NCBI GenBank assembly: GCA_963706575.1 | Contig: CAVPNL010000001.1 | Coordinates: forward strand, 192,001-256,000 | Origin: an uncultured delta proteobacterium | GTDB lineage: Bacteria > Desulfobacterota > Desulfobacteria > Desulfobacterales > JAHEIW01 | DNA: 64,000 nt | Direction: 5' to 3' | Part shown: in pieces, positions 37,829 to 47,333 of the stretch | Position numbering within the stretch: position 1 is the first letter of the stretch | Layout: each line of letters starts with the position of its first letter | Program-made: the position numbers and the translations under genes | Notes under the pieces: generated by a model | What the model saw: the letters and a program-made list of their open reading frames with translations, nothing else | Databases searched by the model: none | Told to the model about the DNA's origin: nothing

Positions 37829-40042
37829 TTATCCTGTCACCGGGTGCTCATTGCCGTAGCTTTTAACCTTGTATACTTTGCATTGAAAGGTTCGCAGCGG
37901 CCAGGAGCCTAATGCTTCATCGCACTCCTCTTCGGCGCTTGAGGTGCAGACGTTGATATTGGACACCCACACGCCGTGCAGCCAGGGCTCCTCTCCCGGC
38001 ATTTCCGGATACCACCATCCATGCTGGCCGTGCACCACGCGAGGGTCGATGTGCTCAAAGATTTCAACTTTTTGCATGACCCGCCCATGTTGCGTTTCGA
38101 TCCAGGCCCAATCGCCTTCCGCAAGCCCCAGATCTTTGGCCGTGTCGGGATGTAGCTGCATTTTGGCCCAGGGGTATCGTTTGCGCAGCTTTTCGATCTG
38201 GCGATGCTCGGAGTGAAAGAAGGGATGAAAGCGACCGCCGGTGATTAGAATCAACGGATACTTTTCAGCGAGCTCGGGCGTGCGGATTGCGCTTTCCGGA
38301 GGCTCTTGATAATAGGGCAGTGCGTCGTAACCCAGTTTTTCCATCACTGTTGAGGCAAGCTCGATCTTCCCGGTTGGTGTGCCGAAACCGCCCATTTTTT
38401 CATATTTTTTGTATTCCCATTTCTCGGGTTCCCAACGGCCCATTTCAAGTAGTTTCTTGAAATTCAATCCCATGGGCTCCAGGCGATAATCATAGTACGC
38501 TTCCAGGGTTTCCCAGGGCCAGTGCTGCTCCTGCCCCAATCGGACACCCAGCCCGCGCCAGAAGTCAAAGTCGGTGCGCCGGTCGTGCTTACCCGCAATC
38601 GTAGGCGGTACGGCCGCCTCGCCGGCCACAATAACCGGTGTCGTGTTGTGAAAATTCCACAAAAAGTCACGCTCCTGCCACATGGCGCTCGGCAATACAT
38701 AGTCTGCCAGCTGGGCGCTGGGGGTCATAAAATAGTCCACCACGACATAGAGATCCAGGCTTCTGAGGGCTTTGTGGACGAGCTTTGTATTGGGTATGGT
38801 GACCATAGGATTTGATGAGAGCGTAATCAAGGCGCGCACCGGATAAGGATCGCTGTACGCGATTGCCTTATAGAGCGATGGGGCAGGGGCCATGCAGGTA
38901 TAGCCGAACATATCACAGCGTTTGCCCCAGACACGTTCCACGTTGCTCTGGACCATTTCGTAACCGGGCCAGCTGTAAAGTTTAAATTGATTGCCCAGAA
39001 TTTTTGCGCGCTGTTCGACCGGCAGGGCTTCGGGCATCTCAATTTCATGCTCGGTGATAAACGGCGCCGGGCCCAACAGTTCCTCGCCACCCTGCACATC
39101 CACATTGCCCACGATGGCCGAGATAATGTGGCGCGCTGCGATGGCGCCATACGAATTGGGTTGGTGGGCCACCCCCATACCCTCCATGGCACAGGAAGGC
39201 GTTTCGGTGGCAAACATGCGAGCAGCCGCCTTGATCTGGTCTGCCGGCACCCATGTGATTTCGGCGGTCTTGTCGAGTGGATATTCTTTGGCGCGTTGCG
39301 CCAGCGCATCAAATCCATGGCACCATTTCGTGACAAACTCTTTATCGTAAAGATCTTCTTCGATAATAACATTAATCATGCCCAGCAGCAGGGCGCAGTC
39401 CGTGCCCGGGCGCAGCTGAAGCCACAAATCTGCTGCTTCGGCCGATTCCGAACGGCGGGGGTCGATGACAATGAGTTTGGCGCCGTTCTTCTGTGCGCCC
39501 TCGATGCCCTCCCAGATGGTCTGGTGAGAATGAGGCGGATTGCGGCCGATGAGCATCACACAGCGGGTATTCTGCAGTTTTTCGATGTGCATCCAATACG
39601 GCCACCAGCCGAAAAGCGTGGTGGCCACCACCGCTGAATTACCGTGACAGATTTGAGCCTGGCCGCACTGGTTGGGACTGCCGAAAAGGTTCAGAAAACG
39701 CGAATTGAGCTCCTCGTAGGTTCGACTGGTGCCGGCTGTTACCCCCAGGGTTTCGGCACCATACTGATCCTTGAGTGCCTGTAATTTAGCGGCAATCTCA
39801 TCCAGGGCTTCGTCCCAGCTGATCTGCTGCCACTTGTTTTCACCTTTCTCTCCGATTCGCTTGAGCGGATAATTCAGACGGTCCGGATGGTAAAATCGGT
39901 CTAAATCCGGGGCCCACTTGCGCGGGCATTTCTTGATAGTTGAGGTGCTGACGTTGACGATCTGATTGTCTTCCACCTCGAGATCGAGAACGCAGCGCGG
40001 TTTGCAGCGAAAACAGATGGAATGCTTGATTTCCTTAGCCAT
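37829..40042 (-). CDS. Mo/W-bisPGD oxidoreductase, acetylene hydratase-like subfamily
   Basis: CFRCKPRC...C cluster motif, RFLNLFGSPN...ICHGN, LRPGTD, ADYVLP, TPTGKIEL; no Tat signal. Confidence 0.85.
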   Translation of the reverse strand: MAKEIKHSICFRCKPRCVLDLEVEDNQIVNVSTSTIKKCPRKWAPDLDRFYHPDRLNYPLKRIGEKGENKWQQISWDEALDEIAAKLQALKDQYGAETLGVTAGTSRTYEELNSRFLNLFGSPNQCGQAQICHGNSAVVATTLFGWWPYWMHIEKLQNTRCVMLIGRNPPHSHQTIWEGIEGAQKNGAKLIVIDPRRSESAEAADLWLQLRPGTDCALLLGMINVIIEEDLYDKEFVTKWCHGFDALAQRAKEYPLDKTAEITWVPADQIKAAARMFATETPSCAMEGMGVAHQPNSYGAIAARHIISAIVGNVDVQGGEELLGPAPFITEHEIEMPEALPVEQRAKILGNQFKLYSWPGYEMVQSNVERVWGKRCDMFGYTCMAPAPSLYKAIAYSDPYPVRALITLSSNPMVTIPNTKLVHKALRSLDLYVVVDYFMTPSAQLADYVLPSAMWQERDFLWNFHNTTPVIVAGEAAVPPTIAGKHDRRTDFDFWRGLGVRLGQEQHWPWETLEAYYDYRLEPMGLNFKKLLEMGRWEPEKWEYKKYEKMGGFGTPTGKIELASTVMEKLGYDALPYYQEPPESAIRTPELAEKYPLILITGGRFHPFFHSEHRQIEKLRKRYPWAKMQLHPDTAKDLGLAEGDWAWIETQHGRVMQKVEIFEHIDPRVVHGQHGWWYPEMPGEEPWLHGVWVSNINVCTSSAEEECDEALGSWPLRTFQCKVYKVKSYGNEHPVTG

Positions 40043-40128
40043 TTTTATAAACCTCCAATTTTATTTATTCGGTTATAAATGGATATCGGACTTCATATAC
40101 GCTATTTTATGAGCGGGTTTGATGATTA

Positions 40129-40172
40129 AGTCAATTCATATGATTTTATAAAAAATATAAGTTTTTCTTATA
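40129..40172 (-). promoter_or_regulatory. LysR box and -35 upstream of the Mo/W enzyme
   Basis: TATAAG-TTTTT-CTTATA (T-N11-A) 21 bp from minus-strand TTGACT. Confidence 0.65.
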
Positions 40173-40184
40173 GGATGCTGCCTC

Positions 40185-40239
40185 GGAGTGTTGGAGTCCT
40201 GGAGTGGTGGAGAAAGATAGAAATGGAACATTGGAGTGA
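40185..40239. repeat. Octamer tandem repeat
   Basis: GGAGTGTT/GGAGTCCT/GGAGTGGT...GGAACATT/GGAGTGA. Confidence 0.65.
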
Positions 40240-40282
40240 CGGCGTGTCAGGTAAAGTCAAGTTAAGCAGAACATATTCTTCC

Positions 40283-41491
40283 CTAAGTTTGCTCCTGGAT
40301 CATTTGATCCATCATTTGAGCGGCTATTGTCGCAAATGCCGGATCGTTAATGTGGTGATCGGCTTCTTGAATTTGGATTTGAGGAGCGAGTTTTTCCTTA
40401 AACAGTTGCGCAAAAAACTGGTTCATGAGCGGTTCATAAAGGGGGCCGCCTGCGCGATCAGCCTCCGACCATCCCTGCAAAGGGATTAATATTTTTATAT
40501 TTGAAGGGTCTTTATTTAATTTTTCTGATAGCTGATCGGCCAGTGTTCGCGTTTCGTCTTCGTTCAGGCGAATGGCAGAGCGGAAATCATAAAAAAAGAT
40601 CTTGCGGTCTTTATACTGGTCGGGAATATTATGCCGGGTGAATTCTAAAACCGCACAATCAAGCCCCCCCGGTACGACCAGACGGGGTATCGAATGCCCC
40701 GGGACCGGCTCGAATCGCTGCGGCCCGATATCGCCGCAATATCCGTCCAGCAGATGATCGGCCAGCTCATGGGTGGCCAGGTCGAGGATGCCGTGGAAAT
40801 ACCCTTGAGCCGCAAGTTCCTCCATGGCCATGCCGCCGGTGCCGTTGGCATGGAATGCAACCACCTCGTACCCCAGCTTTTCAAGGGCTTCTTTGGTAGC
40901 CTCCGCACCAGCAGTGATGAATCCGAAAAAGGGCAGGGCAATCCGTTTTTTGGCCTCTTGAGGTTTCCAGCGGCTTTGGACCATGCCACAGATGCCTGCT
41001 GCGGCTTTATCCAGGATACGGCCCGAAACACTGTTTATACCCAGCAGGTCGGCGACACTGTGTATCATGGTGATATCTTTGGTGCCGACTGTCCGTGCCA
41101 TGTTACGGGAGGCCACGGTGGAAACCATAACTTTGGGGACACCCAACGGGAGTTCATGCATGATACTGCTGGCGATATGGGTACCGGTGCCGCCGCCGGC
41201 AGAGATCATTCCAGATATTTCACTCTCCTCATAGAGTTTTTTAATTCGGGCGCTGGCCTCATTGATCATTGCTGCAATGGCTTTATCTCTGCTTTCTTGC
41301 ACAGCCGAATTATTTTCAATAACCAATTGGTACAAGTCCAGATCTACCGGGGCCGGAGATGGATTGCCGGTGCCGACATTAACCGTTAAAACATCTACAC
41401 CCATTTGCTCAATACGATCTTTTAGAAAAATATGCTCTTCAGCCTTGGTGTCAAAAGTCCCCACCACTGCGATCTTCGGCTTAATGCTCAT
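40283..41491 (-). CDS. Tm-1-like ATP-binding domain protein (UPF0261)
   Basis: GTFDTK, AGGGTGT, LPLGVPKVMVSTVAS, FHANGTGG, HINDPAF. Confidence 0.9.
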   Translation of the reverse strand: MSIKPKIAVVGTFDTKAEEHIFLKDRIEQMGVDVLTVNVGTGNPSPAPVDLDLYQLVIENNSAVQESRDKAIAAMINEASARIKKLYEESEISGMISAGGGTGTHIASSIMHELPLGVPKVMVSTVASRNMARTVGTKDITMIHSVADLLGINSVSGRILDKAAAGICGMVQSRWKPQEAKKRIALPFFGFITAGAEATKEALEKLGYEVVAFHANGTGGMAMEELAAQGYFHGILDLATHELADHLLDGYCGDIGPQRFEPVPGHSIPRLVVPGGLDCAVLEFTRHNIPDQYKDRKIFFYDFRSAIRLNEDETRTLADQLSEKLNKDPSNIKILIPLQGWSEADRAGGPLYEPLMNQFFAQLFKEKLAPQIQIQEADHHINDPAFATIAAQMMDQMIQEQT

Positions 41492-41557
41492 GATGCTTCA
41501 TCGTCCTCTGTTTTTTATATCCCAATAACGGATAACAAATAACGAATAACTACTAGT

Positions 41558-42037
41558 CTAAATTTCATTTAGACGATAGAATCCATCTTTATGCCAGACG
41601 AGCGGAGGATTGCCCGTATCGTTCTGATTAACCACCCGCCCGATGAAAAGGTGGTACCCTTTTATTTCATTTGAACTCTCGACCTCACATTCCATCCAGG
41701 CGGCCGCCCCCTCCGGGACCAGGGCCGCACTGCCGGCCCCCGGTTTTGCCTTAATGGCAAAGCGCTCAAACTTATCGGTGATTAGGCCCTTGGCGCTGCC
41801 CACCTGCATGGCCAATTGTTTTTGGCCATCTCCGGCGATGACGAGCGTAAACCTGCCGGCCTCTATAATTAATTTTTCGGTCAGGTGACCTTTAGCTACA
41901 CTGATAACCAGCAGTGGTTCTTTTTCCGACACAAACATAGCGGTAGCCGTCATGATATCTCTTTCGCCTTCATGGGCAGTGCTGACGAACACCACCGAAC
42001 ACGGCAGCCAGTAGAATACATTGTTTTCTTTATTCAT
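41558..42037 (-). CDS. Flavin reductase family protein
   Basis: VSEKEPLL, AWMECEV, HLFIGRV, PLVW. Confidence 0.85.
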   Translation of the reverse strand: MNKENNVFYWLPCSVVFVSTAHEGERDIMTATAMFVSEKEPLLVISVAKGHLTEKLIIEAGRFTLVIAGDGQKQLAMQVGSAKGLITDKFERFAIKAKPGAGSAALVPEGAAAWMECEVESSNEIKGYHLFIGRVVNQNDTGNPPLVWHKDGFYRLNEI

Positions 42038-42041
42038 TTTT

Positions 42042-43166
42042 TTACCTCAGCAGATATCTGGAAATTAGCAGTTTTTGGATCTCTTCGGTCCCTTCCTCGA
42101 AATGATACGAGCGCGCATCCCGAAAATGGCGCTCAATCGGATAGGCCCGTGTGTAACCGATGCCGCCGTGTATTCGCAGAGCCATTTCCGATACGCGGGT
42201 CAAAACTTGCTCCGCGAAAAGTTTTGCCATGGCGGCTTCTTTAACGATATCCATGCCCTGATCGAACTTCCAGGCCGCTTCATATGCCAGCAGACGGGCA
42301 GCCTGGATTTCGGTGCCCATCTGGGCGATGTTGTTTTGAATGGCCTGCCGTTTGGCAAGCAGCTTGCCAAAGGTCGTTCTTTGTTTGGCATAATCAATTG
42401 CCAGATCCAGCATGCGTTGGGCTAACCCGACGCAGCAAAACGCAATGGAGACCCGGCTCAGGTGCAGCATGCCAAAGGCCACCTCCAAACCCTTGCCCTT
42501 TTCACCCAGGATGTTGGCGGCGGGTACCCGGCAATTTTTGTAAATCACATTGTAGTGCCGTGGCCCCACGCAGCCCATCATCTTTTCCATGGGCTTAAGC
42601 ACCACCCCGTCACATGGCAGGTCAATTAAAAAGGAAGTAATGCCTTCTTCGGTGGCTGCAAACGCATAGATGAGTTTGGTGTAGCCCGGAAATAGGGTTA
42701 TGAGCCACTTGTGGCCGTTTAGAATATAAGCGTCGCCATCTTTTTGGGCCTTGGAGTTGATATCTTTGCCGGTGCCGGCTTCGGGCTCGGTCAAGCTGTT
42801 GGCTGCCCAGATCTTGCCGGATGCCAGCTGCGGTAAATACTTCTCTTTTTGTTCTTCGGTTCCAAAATGCAGGATCGGCCGCCAGAACAAACCATTCATG
42901 GTGTGTGCGATCAATCTAACCGTTGCATAGGCTTTGGCCAACTCTTCAAGAACCGGAAACCACTCCACCGCACTCCATCCCTGACCCCCGTATTCCTGCG
43001 GAATGGTAAGGCCGAAGAATCTTCCCTTTTTGAGTTCTGCCACCAACTCATCGGGCAGCTTTTCATCTTCTTCCAGTGGTTTCGACAGGGGGTCTAAAAC
43101 ATTTTCCACCCACTCGCGGGCTTCTTCTTTGTATTTTAGAATTTCATCGGACAGACTAAAATCCAT
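42042..43166 (-). CDS. Acyl-CoA dehydrogenase
   Basis: IPQEYGG, LTEPEAG, LNGHKWLIT, HGGIGY, FEEGT. Confidence 0.93.
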   Translation of the reverse strand: MDFSLSDEILKYKEEAREWVENVLDPLSKPLEEDEKLPDELVAELKKGRFFGLTIPQEYGGQGWSAVEWFPVLEELAKAYATVRLIAHTMNGLFWRPILHFGTEEQKEKYLPQLASGKIWAANSLTEPEAGTGKDINSKAQKDGDAYILNGHKWLITLFPGYTKLIYAFAATEEGITSFLIDLPCDGVVLKPMEKMMGCVGPRHYNVIYKNCRVPAANILGEKGKGLEVAFGMLHLSRVSIAFCCVGLAQRMLDLAIDYAKQRTTFGKLLAKRQAIQNNIAQMGTEIQAARLLAYEAAWKFDQGMDIVKEAAMAKLFAEQVLTRVSEMALRIHGGIGYTRAYPIERHFRDARSYHFEEGTEEIQKLLISRYLLR

Positions 43167-43186
43167 ATGCATCTCCTTTTCACAAT

Positions 43187-43948
43187 TTAGCCAATCATTG
43201 TCAGGCCGCCGTCAATACTCAGAACCTGACCGGTTAGATATCTTGAATCATCGCTGACAAAAAAGGCGACCACATCCGCCACGTCTTCGGGTTCGCCCAG
43301 GCGCCTGAGCGGGATTACGCGTGTCACCGCCTCGGTGTATTTTTGACCCTTTTCGCCCGAATGCAGGTTGTCCCAGAGATCGGTATTCACCGGACCCGGG
43401 CTGACGCAGTTTACCCGGATGTTGTAACGAGCCAATTCTTTGGCCAGCGCTTTGGAGCTGGCCATGATGGCCGCCTTGGTGCCGCAATAAAGGACCTCAC
43501 CGGGGTTGCCGATTCTTCCCGCGTCTGAGCCCAGGCTCACGATATTGCCGCTTTTTTGTTCTACCATGATGGGGATGCAAACATGTGAAGCAATCAGAAA
43601 ACTTTTGTAATTCACATTAATCATTTTTTCCCATAAATCTTCAGCGGTCTCCACAAAGTAGCGGGATTCATCGATCCCGGCATTGTTGATCAGAATGTCA
43701 ACAGATCCCCACTCCTGGTGGATTTTTTCCACCGATTTTTTAACGGTGGCATAATCCGTGACATCGCAGGCAAGCGGGATGGCCTCGACGCCGAATTTGC
43801 GAATTTCTCCGGCAACTTTAAGCCCCAGATCCTTCTGAAGGTTTAAGACAGCCACATTGGCACCATCTTTTGCCAGCCGCAGGGCAATCGCGCGCCCGAT
43901 TCCGCGGGACCCGCCGGTCACAATCGCTGTTTTTCCTTTTAATCCCAT
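43187..43948 (-). CDS. SDR dehydrogenase (BadH/FabG-like)
   Basis: TGGSRGIG, NNAG, SDAGRIG, YCGTK. Confidence 0.9.
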   Translation of the reverse strand: MGLKGKTAIVTGGSRGIGRAIALRLAKDGANVAVLNLQKDLGLKVAGEIRKFGVEAIPLACDVTDYATVKKSVEKIHQEWGSVDILINNAGIDESRYFVETAEDLWEKMINVNYKSFLIASHVCIPIMVEQKSGNIVSLGSDAGRIGNPGEVLYCGTKAAIMASSKALAKELARYNIRVNCVSPGPVNTDLWDNLHSGEKGQKYTEAVTRVIPLRRLGEPEDVADVVAFFVSDDSRYLTGQVLSIDGGLTMIG

Positions 43949-44010
43949 AGTTGAAACCTTTCTAGATTCAAAATTTGTAAGGTTTTACGCATCGCATCTC
44001 AGAAAAGAAT

Positions 44011-45201
44011 TTAGGCCGATTTGGCGCCTTTGGGCAGAGCGCTCGGTCGGGCTATTTTTTTTGTAAACGGCGCAGGCGCTGCCAGCTTCCCTTCAGGCCA
44101 CCGGGAACAGTTCACCTTTTCCATCCTTGAGTCGGCCTCCAGGCACCAGTTACAGGCTGTACAGGGTACGATCTCCTTTGCCTTCCCTTCGAGGGCCTTT
44201 TGAGGCCAATCCGGATCGCAGAGCAATGCGCGACACAGTCCAATAATTTCCGCCTTTTCCTGCTGCAGGATCTCTTCAGCCATTTTGGGAGTGCGGATCT
44301 TGCCGGCCGTTACAATCGGAGTGTTAAAGCCGGCCTTATTAACTGCTTTTTTTATGCCTTCGGCCAGATAGACATGGGTTGCGTCAGGAAACCACCACGT
44401 CGGGCTCATCCGATGACCGCTATAACCGGACATGGGATCCGGAGGTGTGTTTTCAGGAGGAGGAGGTGCATCTTCGAATCTGCTGCCGCCCGACACGCTG
44501 ATGTAGTCGGCTCCCAGCTCAGCGAATTTTTTGGCAACCTGTGTGCTTTGAAGCAAGGTTGTTCCCGGAGCTGTGAAATCCTCACCATTTATTCTAATGC
44601 CAAGGGGATAATGCTCGCCGACAACCTGACGCGCCGCTTTATAAACTTCTATCGGTAACCGCATTCGCCTGTTCAAACCACCCCCATAGTCATCCGTTCT
44701 GTCATTTGATAACGAAAGAAATGAAGATAGGCTATAGGCGTGGGCCATATGGAGTTCGATAAATTCAAAACCTGCTTTTAAGGCGCGCTCTGCAGCGTCT
44801 GCATGTTGGCGCACAATAATCGGAAGATCTTCGGGTTTGAAATCCGAAACTTTTTGTCTCCAACCGCTTCTGGCGATCTTCAAGAAATGCATGATTTGGA
44901 TCCCGATTTTGGTATCCGGATTCACCTCACGAACGCTTCGAACAAGATCTTCTAATTCTTTGGTAAAACTATCATCACTGATACGCAGATTATACGAGCT
45001 CCGTGAGGGCAAAACCACCGCCGCTTCCACGACTAAAGAACCCACACCGCCATTTGCTTCCCGTCGATATCTGGCGATGAGATCATCTGTGACGTGACCG
45101 TCTTCTGTGGCCAATCCGGAAACCATTGAAGTCCGCATGATTCTGTTAGGAAATGTCACGCCCTTCAGATTAATTTTCGAAAAGAGGTTTTCATATTTCA
45201 T
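44011..45201 (-). CDS. Old yellow enzyme family NADH:flavin oxidoreductase with C-terminal Fe-S motif
   Basis: NRIMRTSM, ELHMAHAY, RTDDYGG, CTACNWC...C. Confidence 0.88.
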   Translation of the reverse strand: MKYENLFSKINLKGVTFPNRIMRTSMVSGLATEDGHVTDDLIARYRREANGGVGSLVVEAAVVLPSRSSYNLRISDDSFTKELEDLVRSVREVNPDTKIGIQIMHFLKIARSGWRQKVSDFKPEDLPIIVRQHADAAERALKAGFEFIELHMAHAYSLSSFLSLSNDRTDDYGGGLNRRMRLPIEVYKAARQVVGEHYPLGIRINGEDFTAPGTTLLQSTQVAKKFAELGADYISVSGGSRFEDAPPPPENTPPDPMSGYSGHRMSPTWWFPDATHVYLAEGIKKAVNKAGFNTPIVTAGKIRTPKMAEEILQQEKAEIIGLCRALLCDPDWPQKALEGKAKEIVPCTACNWCLEADSRMEKVNCSRWPEGKLAAPAPFTKKIARPSALPKGAKSA

Positions 45202-45232
45202 TTCGAATTCCTTTCGTTCTCCGATCGATCGA

Positions 45233-46888
45233 TCATTCTAACGCTTCTACTTTTAGCTTTTCTTCTATATCTTTTTTAAGAATCTTTTTATCCGCCTTCC
45301 CTGCAGCAGTCAATGGTATCTCGCTCACAAAAATTGTCCTTTCAGGATAGTGTATTTTAGCAGCCTCCAGCGTCTTTAAGTGGTCAAGAATTTCCTCATG
45401 GGAGAGCTTTGTCCCTTTTACGAGTTTAACATAGGCACAGATTTTCTCACCTAAATCCGGATCCGGCATGCCGACCACGGCCACGTATTCCACCTTTGAA
45501 TGCGAAGAAATGAGATCCTCAACATCGCGGGCCGCAATGTTCTCACCACCCCGGATAATGATATCCTTTATGCGGCCGGTAATCCGTACATTGCCGCCTT
45601 CATCCACGGTTGCGAGATCACCGGTGCGAAAGTAGCCATCAGGTGTAAATTCTTTCTTATTCGCATCCGGATTTTTCAGGTACCCTGTAAAAACTCCCGG
45701 GCCCTTGGCGCTCAACTCTCCCTCGACCCCTGTAGGGCATGGATTCCCATCCTCGTCAAGGGTTACGAATTCATCATAGGGGCAGCAAGGACGGCCGATA
45801 GTACCCCGTCTTACCTCCACAGGGTCTTCCGGACGGGACTGGGACAACGGGCCTTCCACCATACCGAAGGCATTAATATAACGGGCTTTGATTTTTTCTT
45901 CCACCGCCGTCACCAGCTCGGGTGGGCTGTTGGCGGCACCCACGTAAATTTTCTTTAAGGAGCTTAAGTCATAATCAGCCAGGTTCTCGAACTTGACAAT
46001 CCGGCTAATCAGTGTGGGAACAAGTCCTGTGCAGGATATTTTTTCATCCTGCACGATTTGGCAGAAATCCCGGGGATAGGTGGAATCCAGCATTACTATG
46101 GTGGCACCGTGGAATACTGGACCGGTTATGCAGACAAGCAATGCCAGGTTGTGCCCCACGGGCGTTGCCACCAGACAGGTGTCGGTGACATTCATATGCC
46201 AGGCGCGCGATTTGTACTCTATATTGCAGATATAGTCGTTGTGAGTTCTGGGGGCGCCTTTAGGCAGTCCAGTCGTACCGCCGGACGGTAGGATCTGACA
46301 GACATCGCGAGGATCCGGACGTGATCCTTCCAATACGGCCCGGATGTCCTGATCCATAGAAACGGGCTGAATCAGGTCATCGAGCCTCAGATAGCCCTCA
46401 GGTGTTTTCTGTCCTGCAAGAATGACCTTATCCAATCCTGCGGTTTTTTTCATCGTCTGCCGGATTATAGGTAAATAGTCCATCTTGCGGTAATGATCGG
46501 GCAGAATCCAACCTTTCGGCCGGGTAAGCTCGGCCAGATGGGCAATTTCCCTGGCGGTATGATTTACGGTGAGAGGCACCATAATCAAACCGGCTTTTTG
46601 CAGTGCAAAATAGGAGATTACGAATTCCGGCCAATTGGGGAGTTGAAGCAGAACGCGATCTCCGGCTCTAAATCCTGCCTGCAGCATCCTGTAGGCCATC
46701 GTATCGACCCGGCGACGAAGCTGGGCGTAGGTATAACGTACGCCGGATCCTACCAGAGCATCCTTTTGGGGATAAAGATCGCTGGCTTTATCGACCATGT
46801 CTCCCAGTGTCATTCCCAGCCACCATCGCTTTTTCTCATAGATGTCGGCAGCTGTGGAATCGTATGGGATAAAGCCTTCCAGGTTCAT
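45233..46888 (-). CDS. Aryl-acid adenylating enzyme / CoA ligase (DHB-AMP ligase-like)
   Basis: SGGTTGLPKGAPRTHNDY, FGMVEG, FRTGD, GRIKDIIIRGGEN. Confidence 0.88.
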   Translation of the reverse strand: MNLEGFIPYDSTAADIYEKKRWWLGMTLGDMVDKASDLYPQKDALVGSGVRYTYAQLRRRVDTMAYRMLQAGFRAGDRVLLQLPNWPEFVISYFALQKAGLIMVPLTVNHTAREIAHLAELTRPKGWILPDHYRKMDYLPIIRQTMKKTAGLDKVILAGQKTPEGYLRLDDLIQPVSMDQDIRAVLEGSRPDPRDVCQILPSGGTTGLPKGAPRTHNDYICNIEYKSRAWHMNVTDTCLVATPVGHNLALLVCITGPVFHGATIVMLDSTYPRDFCQIVQDEKISCTGLVPTLISRIVKFENLADYDLSSLKKIYVGAANSPPELVTAVEEKIKARYINAFGMVEGPLSQSRPEDPVEVRRGTIGRPCCPYDEFVTLDEDGNPCPTGVEGELSAKGPGVFTGYLKNPDANKKEFTPDGYFRTGDLATVDEGGNVRITGRIKDIIIRGGENIAARDVEDLISSHSKVEYVAVVGMPDPDLGEKICAYVKLVKGTKLSHEEILDHLKTLEAAKIHYPERTIFVSEIPLTAAGKADKKILKKDIEEKLKVEALE

Positions 46889-47140
46889 AAAGGCCTCCTT
46901 ATTATTACCTGTTTGGTCCTCTTTTCAGAAGAATGAAACGTATCAATAAAGATCGATTTCTGCAAGCCTGGTCTTGTTCTTATGCCTGCCATCCACTTAT
47001 GATATTGTCTATAACCGTCCCAAAATGTATCTAAGGTTAATAGGTTGAGTCTGTTCAAAATAGAAAAATGTCTGATTTTTTTTCCGGTTAACCGGCAAAA
47101 CGGGAAAACAGGCTCAATCTGGAAAGTGACATGGCCTAAT

Positions 47141-47289
47141 CTAGAACCCATCTCAAAAATGTCTTTTGGCCCCATATCTTTGTTGGTGCCTCGCTTTAAA
47201 TCCTCGACATACAACAAGTATGCCTCCGGTTTAAAGGTCGGCCCCGCCGCAATCTTGAACCAAAATCCTATTTTTGAGATGGGTTCTAA
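47141..47289. mobile_element. MITE-like palindromic element, copy 2
   Basis: Perfect 19-bp terminal inverted repeats TAGAACCCATCTCAAAAAT/ATTTTTGAGATGGGTTCTA. Confidence 0.75.
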
Positions 47290-47333
47290 TTGACTTTTAA
47301 GATTATAGTTGCTTTATTTTATCATTACCTAAG

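Noticed and set aside
37829..40042. True acetylene hydratase, or formate/nitrate reductase
   Set aside because: Catalytic Asp is absent; no Tat signal or partner subunits
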